This document shows positions 31,806-32,000 of a stretch of DNA of 32,000 nt, piece by piece. Made by a program: the position numbers and the translations under genes. The notes under the pieces were generated by a model. The model saw only the letters and a list, made by a program, of their open reading frames with translations, did not search any database and was not told the origin of the DNA. Position 1 is the first letter of the stretch. Each line of letters starts with the position of its first letter. Origin of the DNA: Candidatus Nitrosopumilus koreensis AR1 (GTDB taxonomy: Archaea > Thermoproteota > Nitrososphaeria > Nitrososphaerales > Nitrosopumilaceae); the NCBI RefSeq assembly GCF_000299365.1, contig NC_018655.1, positions 570,001 through 602,000 of the forward strand, given 5' to 3'.

Positions 31806-32000
31806 TAGCTCAAAATGCGCTTTTATCTAGATAAATACTATCCTCTGCGAGCCTGAAAATAATCTAATTTGGAATCTAATCATGCGATCTAAATACAGAA
31901 ATACTTGAAGTATAAACAAACGATTGTGGCATCTCAGTCTAAATTAGAAATCCAAGGTCAGGCACCATTTAAACAGTCGGGTGTATATGAGGTTCAAATT

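Noticed and set aside
31823-31834. Perfect 12-bp palindrome TTATCTAGATAA about 20-30 nt upstream of the TPP-unrelated TPR gene start, plus nearby 'aatctaat' direct repeats (about 31861-31881).
   Set aside because: It coincides with where the TATA box should be. AT-rich palindromes of this size are common by chance, and there is no second copy in the window.
1-32000. Searched by eye for tRNA/rRNA genes, CRISPR repeat arrays, IS/transposase/integrase genes and known defence-system genes.
   Set aside because: There are no G+C-rich structured islands and no regularly spaced repeats. No ORF has transposase, integrase, nuclease-helicase or Cas-like motifs. Every long ORF is accounted for by housekeeping or stress functions.
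31905-32000. Open frame running off the 3' window edge (TTG 31905 or GTG 31926; '...ASQSKLEIQGQAPFKQSGVYEVQI').
   Set aside because: Only 25-32 codons are visible. It has no motif and cannot be distinguished from noise without downstream sequence.

Overview
This is an AT-rich, extremely gene-dense archaeal chromosomal segment with about 37 protein-coding genes and almost no intergenic DNA. The gene content points to a marine ammonia-oxidising thaumarchaeon (Nitrosopumilus-like): Alba, archaeal-type ProRS, deoxyhypusine synthase, a PAC2/Pba proteasome chaperone, CofE, THI4 and a PEFG-motif surface protein. That taxonomic call is inference from composition and gene content only. I found no rRNA or tRNA genes, CRISPR arrays, transposases, integrases or recognisable defence genes. 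The window reads as core genome, not an accessory island.

Recognisable genes include smc, proS, dys, inositol-3-phosphate synthase, egtD/egtB, cofE, trxB, mdh, thi4, a ferredoxin-type sulfite/nitrite reductase, a rhodanese, and a TusA plus cysteine-synthase pair. Many genes appear to start with TTG or GTG. TATA-like elements sit about 20-30 nt upstream of several start codons, which fits leaderless or short-leader mRNAs.

I cannot demonstrate a clearly novel system. The best candidates are:
- A 5.8 kb nucleotide/redox-sensing island at 20.4-26.2 kb. It holds a CBS-TrxR operon, three USPs, a 4xCBS protein, an HPF/RaiA-like protein and MDH.
- A single in-frame TAG inside that island, separating the HPF-like ORF from a USP domain that has no canonical start codon of its own.
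- Two tightly coupled sulfur-carrier/enzyme pairs (TusA-cysteine synthase and Sir-rhodanese) that suggest protein-persulfide-mediated sulfur assimilation.
- An archaemetzincin-fold protein that has lost the HExxH catalytic motif.

Three possible frame or stop disruptions (Alba N-terminus, the HPF/USP junction, the mdh 3' end) could be either recoding or assembly errors. All domain calls come from reading motifs by eye and from memory of the families. No database search was run.
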